A stretch of 64,000 bases of DNA. Origin: Bacteroidetes bacterium MED-G17 (GTDB lineage: Bacteria > Bacteroidota > Bacteroidia > NS11-12g > UBA9320). Numbering within the stretch: the stretch's first letter is position 1; each line of letters opens with the position of its first letter. The DNA is taken from positions 91,666-155,665 of the forward strand of contig NTKK01000004.1 in NCBI GenBank assembly GCA_002457675.1. Direction: 5' to 3'. The notes beneath the pieces are model-generated. The model made no database searches and had not been told where the DNA came from. It was given only the letters and a program-made list of their open reading frames with translations. Below are positions 28,361 to 39,190 of this stretch, piece by piece. The translations under genes and the position numbers were made by a program.

Positions 28361-28819
28361 TTGAAAGTAACGCGCGCTACTAAAATCCCATACCCGATGG
28401 ATTGGGTTTTCTCAATGCTAGACCAAAAGATGTTCAATGCCCTTAAACCTCCTTCTTTTTTAGCAAATATTGAGTTGTATGAAGGAAACAACCTCAATGA
28501 TAGAGTTTCAATTTGGTTTAAGATTTTTAAACAACGGATGATGGTAAAAATAATCGATATCCATTCGGATAATGCCAAATGTTATTTTGTCGATGAGGGT
28601 TTGGAACTTCCTTTTGGGTTAACCAAATGGCAACATAAACATTTGGTGACTAAAGGAGATAATAATCGTTGCATTCTTCAGGATGAAATTTTTTTTACGC
28701 ACAAAACACCTTTGGGCAATTGGTTCAGCTTTATCATCCTTCAATTATTTTTGCTTCAGCGTTCATTCCAATATAGATCATATTTAAAAAAGCATGGAGA
28801 AACAACAAATAAGCTTTGA
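28361..28819 (+). CDS. Hypothetical protein, possibly SRPBCC (START/polyketide-cyclase-like) fold
   Basis: 152 aa. No catalytic motifs. The assignment is by loose resemblance only. Its 3' end overlaps the next gene by 26 nt. Confidence 0.35.
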   Translation: MKVTRATKIPYPMDWVFSMLDQKMFNALKPPSFLANIELYEGNNLNDRVSIWFKIFKQRMMVKIIDIHSDNAKCYFVDEGLELPFGLTKWQHKHLVTKGDNNRCILQDEIFFTHKTPLGNWFSFIILQLFLLQRSFQYRSYLKKHGETTNKL

Positions 28820-29621
28820 AGGTGCTAGAAAACGTAAAATTCATCTTGATTTTTATCACAATCCCAAAATAGTATCAAAAGCTTTGGTGCTGTTTGTTCA
28901 TGGCTTCAAAGGATTTAAGGACTGGGGACCATGGGAACTAATGAGTGAATATTTTGTACAAGCAGGATACGCCTTCGCAAAGTTCAACTTTTCGCATAAT
29001 GGAATCGCAGACAATCAATATGAAATAACCGATTTAGATGCCTTTTCTGAAAATAATTTAAGTACAGAAATTCAAGAAGTTGGCCTTGTTCTTGATGAAT
29101 TAAAGAATCAATTCTTTAATGAAATCTACGGCAACAGGATTTATCTCATAGGTCATAGCAAAGGTGGCGGATTGGCTATTCTCAATGCAGTTTATGACCA
29201 AAGGATAGAGAAAGTAGCTTCCTGGGCAGGGGTTTGTAGCTTCAATCGATTTGCTGAACATGAAAATCCAAAAAAATGGGAAGAAGACGGTCAAATATTT
29301 CTACCTAATAAAAGAACTGGTGAAATGTTCCCAGTAAAATTCCAGTATTATGAAGATTACCAAGCCAATAAAGATAAATTGGACATTTTGAGTCAAGCAG
29401 TTAAATACGATAAACCACTGTTGCTCGTACATGGCACGCATGATGAGACGGTTTTACTGAAGGAAGCAAAAAGAATCAATGAGATTATTCCGCAATCCAT
29501 ATTGGTAGAGATAGAAAATGCCAATCACGTATTTGGTGCTTATCACCCATATGAAAACGAAAAATTCCCAAAACATTTGGAAGAGGTAATAGAAGAAACA
29601 ATTGAGTTTTTTGATCTTTAA
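28794..29621 (+). CDS. Alpha/beta-fold hydrolase
   Basis: 275 aa. HGFKGFKD oxyanion region, nucleophile elbow GHSKGGG, and a C-terminal HGTHDETV catalytic His region. Confidence 0.75.
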   Translation: MEKQQISFEGARKRKIHLDFYHNPKIVSKALVLFVHGFKGFKDWGPWELMSEYFVQAGYAFAKFNFSHNGIADNQYEITDLDAFSENNLSTEIQEVGLVLDELKNQFFNEIYGNRIYLIGHSKGGGLAILNAVYDQRIEKVASWAGVCSFNRFAEHENPKKWEEDGQIFLPNKRTGEMFPVKFQYYEDYQANKDKLDILSQAVKYDKPLLLVHGTHDETVLLKEAKRINEIIPQSILVEIENANHVFGAYHPYENEKFPKHLEEVIEETIEFFDL

Positions 29622-30839
29622 ATGAAAAAGAAAAAAGTAGCTATCATTGGTGCGGGAATATCTGGGCTTACTGCTGCTTTGTATCTAAAGCGGGCCAATA
29701 TTCCTTTTGAGGTATTCGAAAAAACAGCTGAAGTCGGTGGTAGGATGAAATCTGAACTTGTAGAGGGCTTAATTGTCGACCACGGCTTTCAAATTTTCCT
29801 TACATCTTATCCAGAGGCCCTAAGTGTTGTTAATTATGCAGATTTAGAATTTACGCCCCTTACAAAGGGATTTACACTTTGTAAAAACAAAAAAAAATAT
29901 TTCTTAGAGTATCCTAATGGACGCTATCGAAATGTTTTTAACATGCTTAGGTATCCTTTTATGGATATAAAATCTTTATGGAATATGGCCAAAATTGTTG
30001 TCTATTTGAGAAGTACAAGTTTGAAAAAAATTTTTAGCCAAAAAGATATCCCAACTCATAAGTTTTTAAAAAACAGAGGCCTTTCAGATGATTTTATTTC
30101 ACATACCTTGCAACCATTCTTAAAAGGCATCTTTTTAGAAAATAATTTGGAAACGTCCAGCAAGGTGTTTCAATATGTTTTGAAGATGATGCTCTCAGGA
30201 AGTATCGTAGTTCCTACAAATGGTATGGGCGCTATTCCCAAACAACTTTATAAGAATATTGGCACAAATTATTTTCATTTTTTTAAATCATTGGAAAAAA
30301 TTGAAAATGAAAACCTCTTTTTTGAGGATGGATATAAAACTTCAGCAGATTTTATTATCGATACTAGACCAAAGACATTTCAGAAAAAAGCAAATCAAAA
30401 TAGTCTTTTTGTTTTTATTACGCCCAATAAAGTATTAAAAGCCTGTGAATTGGCCGTGTTCGAGAATAATCCACTAGGTATAAGTAATCTAGTTCAGTTC
30501 AGTAATTTATATGTAAACTCTAGAGATGTTGAATATATTGGCATTTCCGTAAATAATAAAGTTAGTGAAAGTAATAAGTTGGATTCTAAGAAGATTTTGG
30601 AATACATTACCAATTATTTTGATACCACGGATTGGAAATGGATAAAAACACACCATATACCATACGGATTAAATAATCAAGAACAGGTTAATTATTCTTA
30701 TAAAAAAGAAATAATGGCTCAAAAAGAAAAGACCTATTTGGCAGGTGATTGGAATTTATATGGTTCCACAAATGCTGCCATACACAGCGGCAAGTGTGCT
30801 GCAGAGGCAATCATAAGAAGGGTAAATACAAATATTTAA
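29622..30839 (+). CDS. NAD(P)/FAD-dependent oxidoreductase (amine-oxidase / protoporphyrinogen-oxidase-like)
   Basis: 405 aa. N-terminal Rossmann dinucleotide-binding VAIIGAGISGLTAALYL...GGRM. The start is 1 nt after the preceding stop. Confidence 0.75.
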   Translation: MKKKKVAIIGAGISGLTAALYLKRANIPFEVFEKTAEVGGRMKSELVEGLIVDHGFQIFLTSYPEALSVVNYADLEFTPLTKGFTLCKNKKKYFLEYPNGRYRNVFNMLRYPFMDIKSLWNMAKIVVYLRSTSLKKIFSQKDIPTHKFLKNRGLSDDFISHTLQPFLKGIFLENNLETSSKVFQYVLKMMLSGSIVVPTNGMGAIPKQLYKNIGTNYFHFFKSLEKIENENLFFEDGYKTSADFIIDTRPKTFQKKANQNSLFVFITPNKVLKACELAVFENNPLGISNLVQFSNLYVNSRDVEYIGISVNNKVSESNKLDSKKILEYITNYFDTTDWKWIKTHHIPYGLNNQEQVNYSYKKEIMAQKEKTYLAGDWNLYGSTNAAIHSGKCAAEAIIRRVNTNI

Positions 30840-31957
30840 CCTTTGTTGAGCATCATTGGCATAATTAGCATAAGCAAATGCTCATTTTCATCTTGCTCAG
30901 AAGGCAACAAAATTCCTGCTTTATTTGGATCGCTCAATTCTAGACTAACCTCGGAAGTTGTCATGTTGGTCAACATATCAACTAGATATCGCGCATTGAA
31001 ACCTATTTCTATATCAGCACCTGCATAGTTTACTGATAGTCTCTCTGTTCCCTCGTTTGACATGTCCAAATCTTCTGCGCTTAAAGTCATTTCGCTACCT
31101 GCCAATTTCAATCTTATTTGTTGTGTTGTTTTGTTGGCATAAATAGCAATTCGCTTAACCGACTGTAGAAATTGGCTTCTGTCGATGGTAAGTTTATTGG
31201 GGTTATCAGTAGGAATTACTGCATTATAGTCTGGATATTTTTCATCTATCAATCTACTAATAATTTTAACCTTATCAAATGAGAAGAAAACATTGTTTTG
31301 GTTATAATCCATTTGCACATTTCCAGTTGTAGCTGTGAGGTTGCTCTTCAGTTGTGTTAATGCTTTTTTGGGTACAATAAAACTTGTAGTTGAAGAAGAC
31401 GCTATCTGGAGGCGTTGACTTCGAACCAATCTGTTGGCATCTGTAGCAACAAAATTCAATTGGTTTTCATCTATTTCAAAAAACACCCCAGTTAGATTTT
31501 GTCGCAATTCATCATTACTTGTAGCGAAAAGGGTTTTAGCTATAGAATCTTCAAGCACTTCTGCAGGAATTTGTAAACTTTCATCTGCTGTATGGCTTGG
31601 GGTTTTTGGGAAGTCTTCACCAGGTTCGCCATTTAGTTTATATCTTCCCGTTTCAGAAGTAATTTCTACCGTGAAGTTGTTTTCGTCGATATCCAGTGTA
31701 AGTGGCTGATCCGGCAAAGAACGCAAGGTTTCCATTAGCATTTTGGAGGGAATAGCCACATGAATATTCCCATCTGCTTGAACCTCAAGTTCTGTTGTAA
31801 TTGTAGTCTCTAAGTCTGTTGCAGTTATTTTCAAGTTGCCTTCTTTAATTCCAAACAAAAAGTTGTCCAAAATAGGAAGAATAGGTTTGCTTACAACAAC
31901 ACCTCCAATGGTTTGTAGGTTTTGCAGTAAGGTCTTTGAATTAACTACGAACTTCAT
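30836..31957 (-). CDS. dnaN: DNA polymerase III beta sliding clamp
   Basis: 373 aa. MKFVVNSKTLLQNLQTIGGVV N-terminus, and a three-domain clamp pattern to the C-terminus MLIMPMMLNKG. Confidence 0.93.
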   Translation of the reverse strand: MKFVVNSKTLLQNLQTIGGVVVSKPILPILDNFLFGIKEGNLKITATDLETTITTELEVQADGNIHVAIPSKMLMETLRSLPDQPLTLDIDENNFTVEITSETGRYKLNGEPGEDFPKTPSHTADESLQIPAEVLEDSIAKTLFATSNDELRQNLTGVFFEIDENQLNFVATDANRLVRSQRLQIASSSTTSFIVPKKALTQLKSNLTATTGNVQMDYNQNNVFFSFDKVKIISRLIDEKYPDYNAVIPTDNPNKLTIDRSQFLQSVKRIAIYANKTTQQIRLKLAGSEMTLSAEDLDMSNEGTERLSVNYAGADIEIGFNARYLVDMLTNMTTSEVSLELSDPNKAGILLPSEQDENEHLLMLIMPMMLNKG

Positions 31958-32018
31958 AAAGCAATTTTATTAAACATTTCAAAAAAATACAATCTGTATC
32001 AATTAAACTAATGTTTCG

Positions 32019-33227
32019 TTAATTCTTATTTAAGAAACTAGAATCTGAGGACGGAAAAAGGATTTTTGCCATCTGTAAAGATGTATTTTGGATGCTGTAT
32101 TCAGCAATTAGGTTGCTTTTCATTTCATCAATAATTTTGGCATCTATGTCATGAACTCTTTTGGCAGCCGATATAAACCCTTCGGCACTATTAGCCAAAA
32201 TGGTTGATTTAAGCAGTTTCTTGGGAATACCTTGGCTACCTATCTCTGTTGAAACAACAATTTTTTTATTTGCTATAGCTTCTAACAATTTAATTCGAAT
32301 ACCACTACCCGATTTGATAGGTACCAAACAAACTGACTTATCTACTAAAAACGTTTCTTTATTTGGTATTTCTCCATACACGTAAACACCTTTTGCCTTA
32401 TACTTTTTTAAAAAATTCGGGCAATTTCTTCCGGCAATATGCAATTCTAATTCTCTATTTTCCTCAATCATTTTTGGCCAAACACTTTTTAGAAACCACA
32501 TCAATGCTTCAAGATTGGGTGGCCAATCTAGTGCACCAAGATGATACCATTTATTTTTATTGGTTTTTAACTCACTCGATTCAATGGGGATTTCAACACC
32601 TGATGGCACAACAAAGTTGGGTGTATGGCCAGATTCATTTTTACCTTTTTGAAGATCATGTTCCGTTACCCAAACAATAGAGTCAAATTTTGGCAACATC
32701 TTTTTTTCATAATCTCTAAGGCGTTTTGTAAGGTGTTTTACATACCATTTTTTGAGGGGATTAACTTCTCTATTTGCCCTTCGTTCCCAAATTTCTGATT
32801 CCATATTATGTTGCCTTAAAATGCAAGGCGCTGAGGTTTTTTCTTTAACAATTGATAAATAAGGAGCCATGAAAATGGTCTCAAATTGAACGGCATCAAA
32901 ATTATTCGCCGATAACTTTTCTGAAATTTTCTTAGCAAATGACTTACTATAGAATCTGCTAATATTATATGATTTTTTTCTAAAAAGATGCAGAAAAGCT
33001 GGAATGAGTTTTACGTCTGTATCTAACGGAAAAAGTTCCACATCCGCCAAATATTTGAGTTTTTCATTTGCCCGATCGATATCAATTTTGTGCTTTTTGG
33101 CTGCTATGGCCATGAAATATGTATTCAACCCTAAAGATTTGTAGCCCATTAGAAAGTTGTAAATCATTATTGATCCACCATCCTTTAATGGGAAAGGAAC
33201 TCTATGTGAAATATTTAGCAGATTCAA
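32019..33227 (-). CDS. Glycosyltransferase family 4
   Basis: 402 aa. N-terminal GT4 signature (RVPFPLKDGGSIMIYN) and a C-terminal Rossmann-like domain. It overlaps the upstream permease gene by 4 nt. Confidence 0.8.
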   Translation of the reverse strand: MNLLNISHRVPFPLKDGGSIMIYNFLMGYKSLGLNTYFMAIAAKKHKIDIDRANEKLKYLADVELFPLDTDVKLIPAFLHLFRKKSYNISRFYSKSFAKKISEKLSANNFDAVQFETIFMAPYLSIVKEKTSAPCILRQHNMESEIWERRANREVNPLKKWYVKHLTKRLRDYEKKMLPKFDSIVWVTEHDLQKGKNESGHTPNFVVPSGVEIPIESSELKTNKNKWYHLGALDWPPNLEALMWFLKSVWPKMIEENRELELHIAGRNCPNFLKKYKAKGVYVYGEIPNKETFLVDKSVCLVPIKSGSGIRIKLLEAIANKKIVVSTEIGSQGIPKKLLKSTILANSAEGFISAAKRVHDIDAKIIDEMKSNLIAEYSIQNTSLQMAKILFPSSDSSFLNKN

Positions 33228-34720
33228 TTTTTTACTTGAATTTTCTTACGCACTTTGGTTTTAAGATTAGTAGATAATTTCAGCCAAAAATCAGCTTCAA
33301 AGAATCTTATTTCTTTAGAAGCCGCATAGGTAAGCATGATAGCTACTGGAGTGAGTATAAAAGTACTCATCCACATGCCCTCAATTGGATCTAACTTTCC
33401 CTCTTTGGCCAATTTCTCCCCTAATACGTTAATTATATGGTAAACAATGAACATCAGAATTGAAACAACAAGTGGTAGCCCAAAACCTCCTTTTCTGATT
33501 ATCGCGCCTAAGGAAGCGCCTATAAAAAATAGTAATATAACGCTTAAAGCCAATGTGAACTTTTGATGATAAGCCACTTGATATTTCCATTTTAGCATTT
33601 TGTCTTCCCGAATCCCATCCTTATATATTTTGAGGCGATTTTTTATTGATCTAGCCCTAGAAATAGCAAAATTGAAAACATCATTATTGTTCGGTTTAGC
33701 GGGCTTTACATTTCTTTCTACAAAATTCTTTTTCGCATATTTTTTTGACGAAACAGGCAATTTCATTAATGCATGTAATGTGTCGATTTTTTGGTTTTTT
33801 TGAATCGAAATACTGTCTTTCAGCTTAGGCAAATCCAAGAACTGTTGGAGATATTCATTGGTAGCCATTTCTTCTTGTTTCACCTTCTTATTTAGAGAAT
33901 CGATTCTATCCTGCAGCTCAGCTACATTTAACATTCTTCTATCCTCTTTGAAGGCATTTTTACTAATCCTATTAAATTGTAAATCTGTCAAGTCAATAGC
34001 AATCTTTTGATAAGAAAACCGCATGATATTGTTTGGGAAACTTATTCTATAATTTTTATCCTCTATCATTTCTTGATGTCTTACTCCATCCTCTAAGGTA
34101 AGCACCATAAACCTTTTGTCATTGGTAAAAACCAGCTTGCCTTTTTTTGCTGTAATTATATCTCTATTTATACCATTTTTCTGATTTGCATAGATAAGTA
34201 TATCCTCAACTGTTTCACCATCTTTATGCTTCTTCCCAACTTTGATAGAATACCCTTCTAGATCATTAAAAAAAATCCCTTCTTGCAGATTCATCCCAGG
34301 TTTTTTGGTTTTTATAGAATAAAATAATGCGCCCCAATTCAAGTTTGCCTTTGGTATCCAAATATTGGCTGTATGAAAAGCAATTACAGACAAAGTGACC
34401 ATCAATAAAATGAGTGGAAACATGCTTCGATATAGCGAAATACCTGATGATTTTATCGCTACAAGTTCATACCTTTCTCCAAGGTTTCCGAAAGTCATTA
34501 TACTTGAAAGCAATATGGCCAATGGCAAGGCTAAAGGGATAAGATGGATAGATAGGTAGAATATAAATTCGACAATAACATACCACTCAAGCCCTTTACC
34601 AACAATATATTTAACGTATTGATACAATGCCTGAAGTAAAAAAAGAAATAAACTAATAAAAAAAGTTGCGATGAAAGGTCCAATAAAGCTACGTAAATAT
34701 AAAATGTGTAGTTTTTTCAA
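33224..34720 (-). CDS. LptF/LptG-family (YjgP/YjgQ) permease with a large periplasmic insertion
   Basis: 498 aa. N-terminal YLRSFIGPFIATFFISLFLFLLQ is typical of the Lpt permease family. Six TM segments with a ~250 aa insertion. Confidence 0.7.
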   Translation of the reverse strand: MKKLHILYLRSFIGPFIATFFISLFLFLLQALYQYVKYIVGKGLEWYVIVEFIFYLSIHLIPLALPLAILLSSIMTFGNLGERYELVAIKSSGISLYRSMFPLILLMVTLSVIAFHTANIWIPKANLNWGALFYSIKTKKPGMNLQEGIFFNDLEGYSIKVGKKHKDGETVEDILIYANQKNGINRDIITAKKGKLVFTNDKRFMVLTLEDGVRHQEMIEDKNYRISFPNNIMRFSYQKIAIDLTDLQFNRISKNAFKEDRRMLNVAELQDRIDSLNKKVKQEEMATNEYLQQFLDLPKLKDSISIQKNQKIDTLHALMKLPVSSKKYAKKNFVERNVKPAKPNNNDVFNFAISRARSIKNRLKIYKDGIREDKMLKWKYQVAYHQKFTLALSVILLFFIGASLGAIIRKGGFGLPLVVSILMFIVYHIINVLGEKLAKEGKLDPIEGMWMSTFILTPVAIMLTYAASKEIRFFEADFWLKLSTNLKTKVRKKIQVKN

Positions 34721-34724
34721 GCGT

Positions 34725-37340
34725 TTATCCTTTTAATTGTTCTTTTAGCAATTTAATTTTATTTGAGGTATCTCGGAATTTCTGTTGCTCTCTGTCAATG
34801 ACTTCTTTTCGTGCATTTTGAATAAATCTCTCATTGCCCAGTTTTTTTTCTATTCCCAATAAAAAACCCTGCAACCTTTTTATTTCCCTGATAACACCTT
34901 CTACATCGACTTTTCCATTTTCTACTCCTTCAAATTGCAAAGAGAACGCCTTTGTGTGAACCAAAATTTTGTCTCCCGAAGGATTTTTCGAAAAATTAAT
35001 TTCGGAAACATTGGCAAGCTTTTTAATTACATCGCTAAATAACAGGTATATTTTTGCCTCTTCTCCCTCAAACTTGTATTCTACTGCGCAGGTTTTTTTG
35101 GGGCTTAAGCCTTTTTTGCTTCTCTCAGATCGTATTTGACTAACTAGCAAAAAAGGTTCTTGTGTGTAGGTAAAATCATCAACCAGCTCAAATGCTTCTG
35201 GCCAAGGGTTTTGGTTAATCAAACTTTTATTTCCTAGAGCATGCCAAAGTTCTTCTGAAATAAAGGGCATGAATGGATGAAGCAATTTCAAAATTTTTCC
35301 GAATAATTCTAAAAACTCAGCCTTTGTGTCGGTTGGAATTTTTTCGTTATCAGAAGGCTTTATCATTTCCAAATACCAAGAACAAAAATCGTCCCAAACA
35401 AATCTATAAATTGACGTAATGGCTTCTGAAAATCTATACTCATCGAGTTGTCGATTTACATTTGTCAAGCAAGCATTAAACCTATTTTTTACCCAACGTG
35501 AAATATGGGTATTGTTGTTTTTATAAAAATCATTCGCCAATTCTGTTGTTTCGAGGCCCTCAACAAACCTGTAAGCATTCCATATTTTATTGGCAAAATT
35601 TCTTCCTTGATTACAAAGGCTCTCGTCAAATAATATATCATTCCCAGCAGGAGCACTCGATAAAATACCAAATCTAACTGCGTCAGTTCCAAATTCATCC
35701 ATTAGAGCAATAGCATCAGGTGAATTTCCAAGTGATTTGGACATCTTTCTGCCCAGTTTGTCCCGAACTATACCCGTAAAATAGACCTTTTTAAATGGTT
35801 TTTCATCTCTTAAATAATAAGCAGACATAATCATGCGGGCTATCCAAAAGAAAATAATGTCCGGACCAGTTACAATATCATTTGCAGGGTAATAATAACT
35901 TATTTCCTCGTTCTGCGTATCATTGACACCGTTAAAAACACTAATCGGCCACAACCAACTGCTAAACCATGTATCTAGAACATCTTCATCCTGCATAAGC
36001 TCGTCAATTTTACCAGAGAAACCTTTTTGCTTTGCAAGTTCGAAAGCTTGAATTTTTGTTTCAGCTACCACAACTTGATCGTTGAAATAATATGCAGGAA
36101 TTCTTTGTCCCCACCACAATTGACGACTAATACACCAATCTTTGATATGCTCCAGCCAATGGCGGTAAGTATTTTTATACTTTGATGGGACAAATTCGAT
36201 TTCATCAGTCATGACTGAGTTAAGCACATTTGGGTGTTTTTTCATGAATAAATCCATATTTACAAACCATTGTTCGCTAAGCCTTGACTCCACAACAGCG
36301 TTGGTTCTCTCCGATCGTCCAACTTTATTTTGATATTCTTCTATTTTATCCAAAGCGCCCGCCTCTTGCAATTCAATAGTGATCTTTTTTCTGACTTCGA
36401 ACCTGTCCATTCCAATGAAAAATTGTGCATTTTCATTTAATGTCCCATTCGGGTTAAGTACATCAATTGTTTCAATTTGATGCTTTTGTCCTAATTCATA
36501 ATCATTTGAATCATGTGCAGGAGTAACTTTTAGTGCACCTGTTCCAAAATCCATTTGCACATAGTCATCAATTATTATCGGTATTTCTCGATGTATTAAT
36601 GGAACAATCGCTTTTTTACCCTTCAAACGTTTATATCTAGGATCTTTAGAATTTACTGCAATTGCTGAATCTCCTAAAATAGTTTCTGGGCGTGTTGTAG
36701 CAATAGTTATGAAATCGTCTTGTCCAACAATATTGTATTTGATGTAATATAATTTTGATTTTTCTTCATGGTATATAACTTCTTCATCACTAATAGCAGT
36801 AAGTCCTTTTGGATCCCAATTGACCATCCTTTTGCCCTTATATATGTACCCATCATTATACATCTTGACGAAAGTTTTTATAACTGATTTATAAAGTTCC
36901 TCTTCCATGGTAAATTTTGTTCTATCCCAATCACAACTGCAACCGAGCTTCTGAAGTTGTTCTAAGATAATTCCTCCATATGTATCTTTCCATTCAAATG
37001 CATATTCAAGAAATTTCTCACGACCGATTTCACTCTTTTTAATTCCCTTTTCCCTAAGCATTTTTACAACTTTTGCCTCGGTAGCTATTGAAGCATGGTC
37101 CATACCCGGAAGCCACAAGGCATTCTTACCTATCATGCGCGCTTTTCGTACTAAAACATCTTGTATTGTGTTGTTTAATATATGACCCATGTGTAAAACA
37201 CCAGTAACATTTGGTGGAGGAATTAGTACAACAAAAGGTTCTCTATTGTCCACTTTAGAGGTAAAGGCACCTGACTCTAACCAAGTCTTGTACCACTTGC
37301 CTTCAACATCATTCGGATTGTAATGCTTAGAAATAGACAT
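34725..37340 (-). CDS. valS: Valine--tRNA ligase
   Basis: 871 aa. HMGH-type motif PNVTGVLHMGH, KMSKS, and a C-terminal coiled-coil. Confidence 0.97.
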   Translation of the reverse strand: MSISKHYNPNDVEGKWYKTWLESGAFTSKVDNREPFVVLIPPPNVTGVLHMGHILNNTIQDVLVRKARMIGKNALWLPGMDHASIATEAKVVKMLREKGIKKSEIGREKFLEYAFEWKDTYGGIILEQLQKLGCSCDWDRTKFTMEEELYKSVIKTFVKMYNDGYIYKGKRMVNWDPKGLTAISDEEVIYHEEKSKLYYIKYNIVGQDDFITIATTRPETILGDSAIAVNSKDPRYKRLKGKKAIVPLIHREIPIIIDDYVQMDFGTGALKVTPAHDSNDYELGQKHQIETIDVLNPNGTLNENAQFFIGMDRFEVRKKITIELQEAGALDKIEEYQNKVGRSERTNAVVESRLSEQWFVNMDLFMKKHPNVLNSVMTDEIEFVPSKYKNTYRHWLEHIKDWCISRQLWWGQRIPAYYFNDQVVVAETKIQAFELAKQKGFSGKIDELMQDEDVLDTWFSSWLWPISVFNGVNDTQNEEISYYYPANDIVTGPDIIFFWIARMIMSAYYLRDEKPFKKVYFTGIVRDKLGRKMSKSLGNSPDAIALMDEFGTDAVRFGILSSAPAGNDILFDESLCNQGRNFANKIWNAYRFVEGLETTELANDFYKNNNTHISRWVKNRFNACLTNVNRQLDEYRFSEAITSIYRFVWDDFCSWYLEMIKPSDNEKIPTDTKAEFLELFGKILKLLHPFMPFISEELWHALGNKSLINQNPWPEAFELVDDFTYTQEPFLLVSQIRSERSKKGLSPKKTCAVEYKFEGEEAKIYLLFSDVIKKLANVSEINFSKNPSGDKILVHTKAFSLQFEGVENGKVDVEGVIREIKRLQGFLLGIEKKLGNERFIQNARKEVIDREQQKFRDTSNKIKLLKEQLKG

Positions 37341-37429
37341 CAGTCAACAAATTTAAGCCCTGATTTGATTGTAACACTTGAAGAATGATTTTTAGGCCTA
37401 AAATCTAAACTTTTAATCATTTTTGTGGT

Positions 37430-39169
37430 ATGCTTCGTTCACATACTTGTGGTGAGTTAAATGAATCCAATATTGGGGAAAAAGTCAGTTTATGCGGTTG
37501 GGTCCAAAACCATAGAGACTTGGGTGCAATGTGTTTCATTGACTTAAGAGATAGGCACGGAATCACCCAACTTAGTTTCAATGAACTAAGCGCCTCTTCT
37601 CTCCTTGAAGTTTCAAAAAATGTAGGAAGAGAATATGTCCTTAGAGCGACTGGCAAAGTGATTGAGCGTAGTAGTAAAAATGAACAAATTTCTACTGGAG
37701 GTATAGAAATACAAGTAGAGGATTTAGAAGTATTGAACCAATCTAGTACACCCCCTTTTACCATTGAAGATGAGACAGATGGTGGCGATGAACTGAGAAT
37801 GAAATACCGCTATTTAGATTTGAGACGTCCAAAACTGCAGAAAAATATGTTTTTGCGCCATAGAACCTCACAAGCAATTAGAAACTTTTTAAGTAAAGAA
37901 AACTTCCTTGAAATTGAAACACCCTACCTTATCAAATCAACGCCAGAAGGTGCAAGAGATTTTGTTGTACCAAGCCGTATGAATACCGATCAATTTTACG
38001 CTTTACCACAATCCCCGCAAACTTTCAAACAACTACTTATGGTAAGCGGATTTGACAAGTATTTTCAAATTGTAAGATGTTTTAGGGATGAAGACTTGAG
38101 GGCAGATAGACAGCCAGAGTTTACTCAGATTGATTGTGAAATGAGTTTTGTGCAACAAAAAGATATCTGCCAAACATTTGAATTACTTGCAAAAGCGGTT
38201 TTCAAAGAAACAATCAATATTGATTTACCAGCTTTTGAGACCATGACTTATGAAGAAGCCATCAACTTATATGGTAATGACAAACCCGATACGCGATTCG
38301 AAATGCAAATAAAACATCTGGATAAATTTGCCAAAGGACATGGTTTTCAAGTTTTTGATGGTGCAGAGAAAGTTTTGGGCATCGTGGCAAAAGGTGCCTC
38401 AAATTATACGAGAAAGAAGTTAGATGCATTAAGCAATTTTGTAAAAAGACCACAGATCGGTGCTAAAGGACTGGTTTATTGTAAATATAATGAAGATGGA
38501 AGTTTCAAGTCGTCGATAGATAAATTCTTTGATGCTCAAGTTTGGCAAAATCTTGCAGAGAATTGTGACGCACACGCGGGAGATTTGATTTTGATTCTGT
38601 CGGGTACTGAAAATCAGGTCTTGAAGCAAATGAGTGAGCTTAGGTTAGAAATGGGGCGTCAATTAAATTTAATTGATAATAAAATATTTAAACCACTTTG
38701 GGTAACTGATTTCCCTCTTTTGGAGTGGGATGAAGAAAATCAGCGGTTTCATGCAATGCACCACCCATTTACTAGCCCGAAAACAGAAGATTTTGATAAA
38801 CTTAGCAGTCAGCCAAAACAGGTTAAAGCAAATGCTTATGATATGGTAATTAATGGTGTAGAAGTTGGTGGCGGAAGTATAAGAATTCACGATAGAGCTA
38901 CACAAGAGAAAATGTTGTCCCTTTTAGGTTTTTCAGATAAAGAAGCAAAAGAACAATTTGGGTTCTTGATGGATGCATTTGAATATGGCGCACCTCCTCA
39001 CGGTGGTATTGCATTGGGATTTGATAGACTTTGTAGTTTGCTAGCTGGGGAAGATAATATTCGAGATGTCATTGCTTTTCCAAAAAACAACCAAGGCAGA
39101 GATCTAATGATAGATGCACCCTCAGAGATTGACCCTTATCAAAAACGTGAATTGGGTTTAATTAATTGA
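37430..39169 (+). CDS. aspS: Aspartate--tRNA ligase
   Basis: 579 aa. An OB-fold anticodon-binding N-terminus, class II motifs ([31 protein letters not shown]). Confidence 0.97.
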   Translation: MLRSHTCGELNESNIGEKVSLCGWVQNHRDLGAMCFIDLRDRHGITQLSFNELSASSLLEVSKNVGREYVLRATGKVIERSSKNEQISTGGIEIQVEDLEVLNQSSTPPFTIEDETDGGDELRMKYRYLDLRRPKLQKNMFLRHRTSQAIRNFLSKENFLEIETPYLIKSTPEGARDFVVPSRMNTDQFYALPQSPQTFKQLLMVSGFDKYFQIVRCFRDEDLRADRQPEFTQIDCEMSFVQQKDICQTFELLAKAVFKETINIDLPAFETMTYEEAINLYGNDKPDTRFEMQIKHLDKFAKGHGFQVFDGAEKVLGIVAKGASNYTRKKLDALSNFVKRPQIGAKGLVYCKYNEDGSFKSSIDKFFDAQVWQNLAENCDAHAGDLILILSGTENQVLKQMSELRLEMGRQLNLIDNKIFKPLWVTDFPLLEWDEENQRFHAMHHPFTSPKTEDFDKLSSQPKQVKANAYDMVINGVEVGGGSIRIHDRATQEKMLSLLGFSDKEAKEQFGFLMDAFEYGAPPHGGIALGFDRLCSLLAGEDNIRDVIAFPKNNQGRDLMIDAPSEIDPYQKRELGLIN

Positions 39170-39190
39170 TCAACCCCATCTAGATAAAAT

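Noticed and set aside
37341-37429. T-box or other leader element between divergent valS and aspS
   Set aside because: The gap is only 89 nt, with no specifier-loop/antiterminator-like structure. T-boxes are not expected in this phylum.
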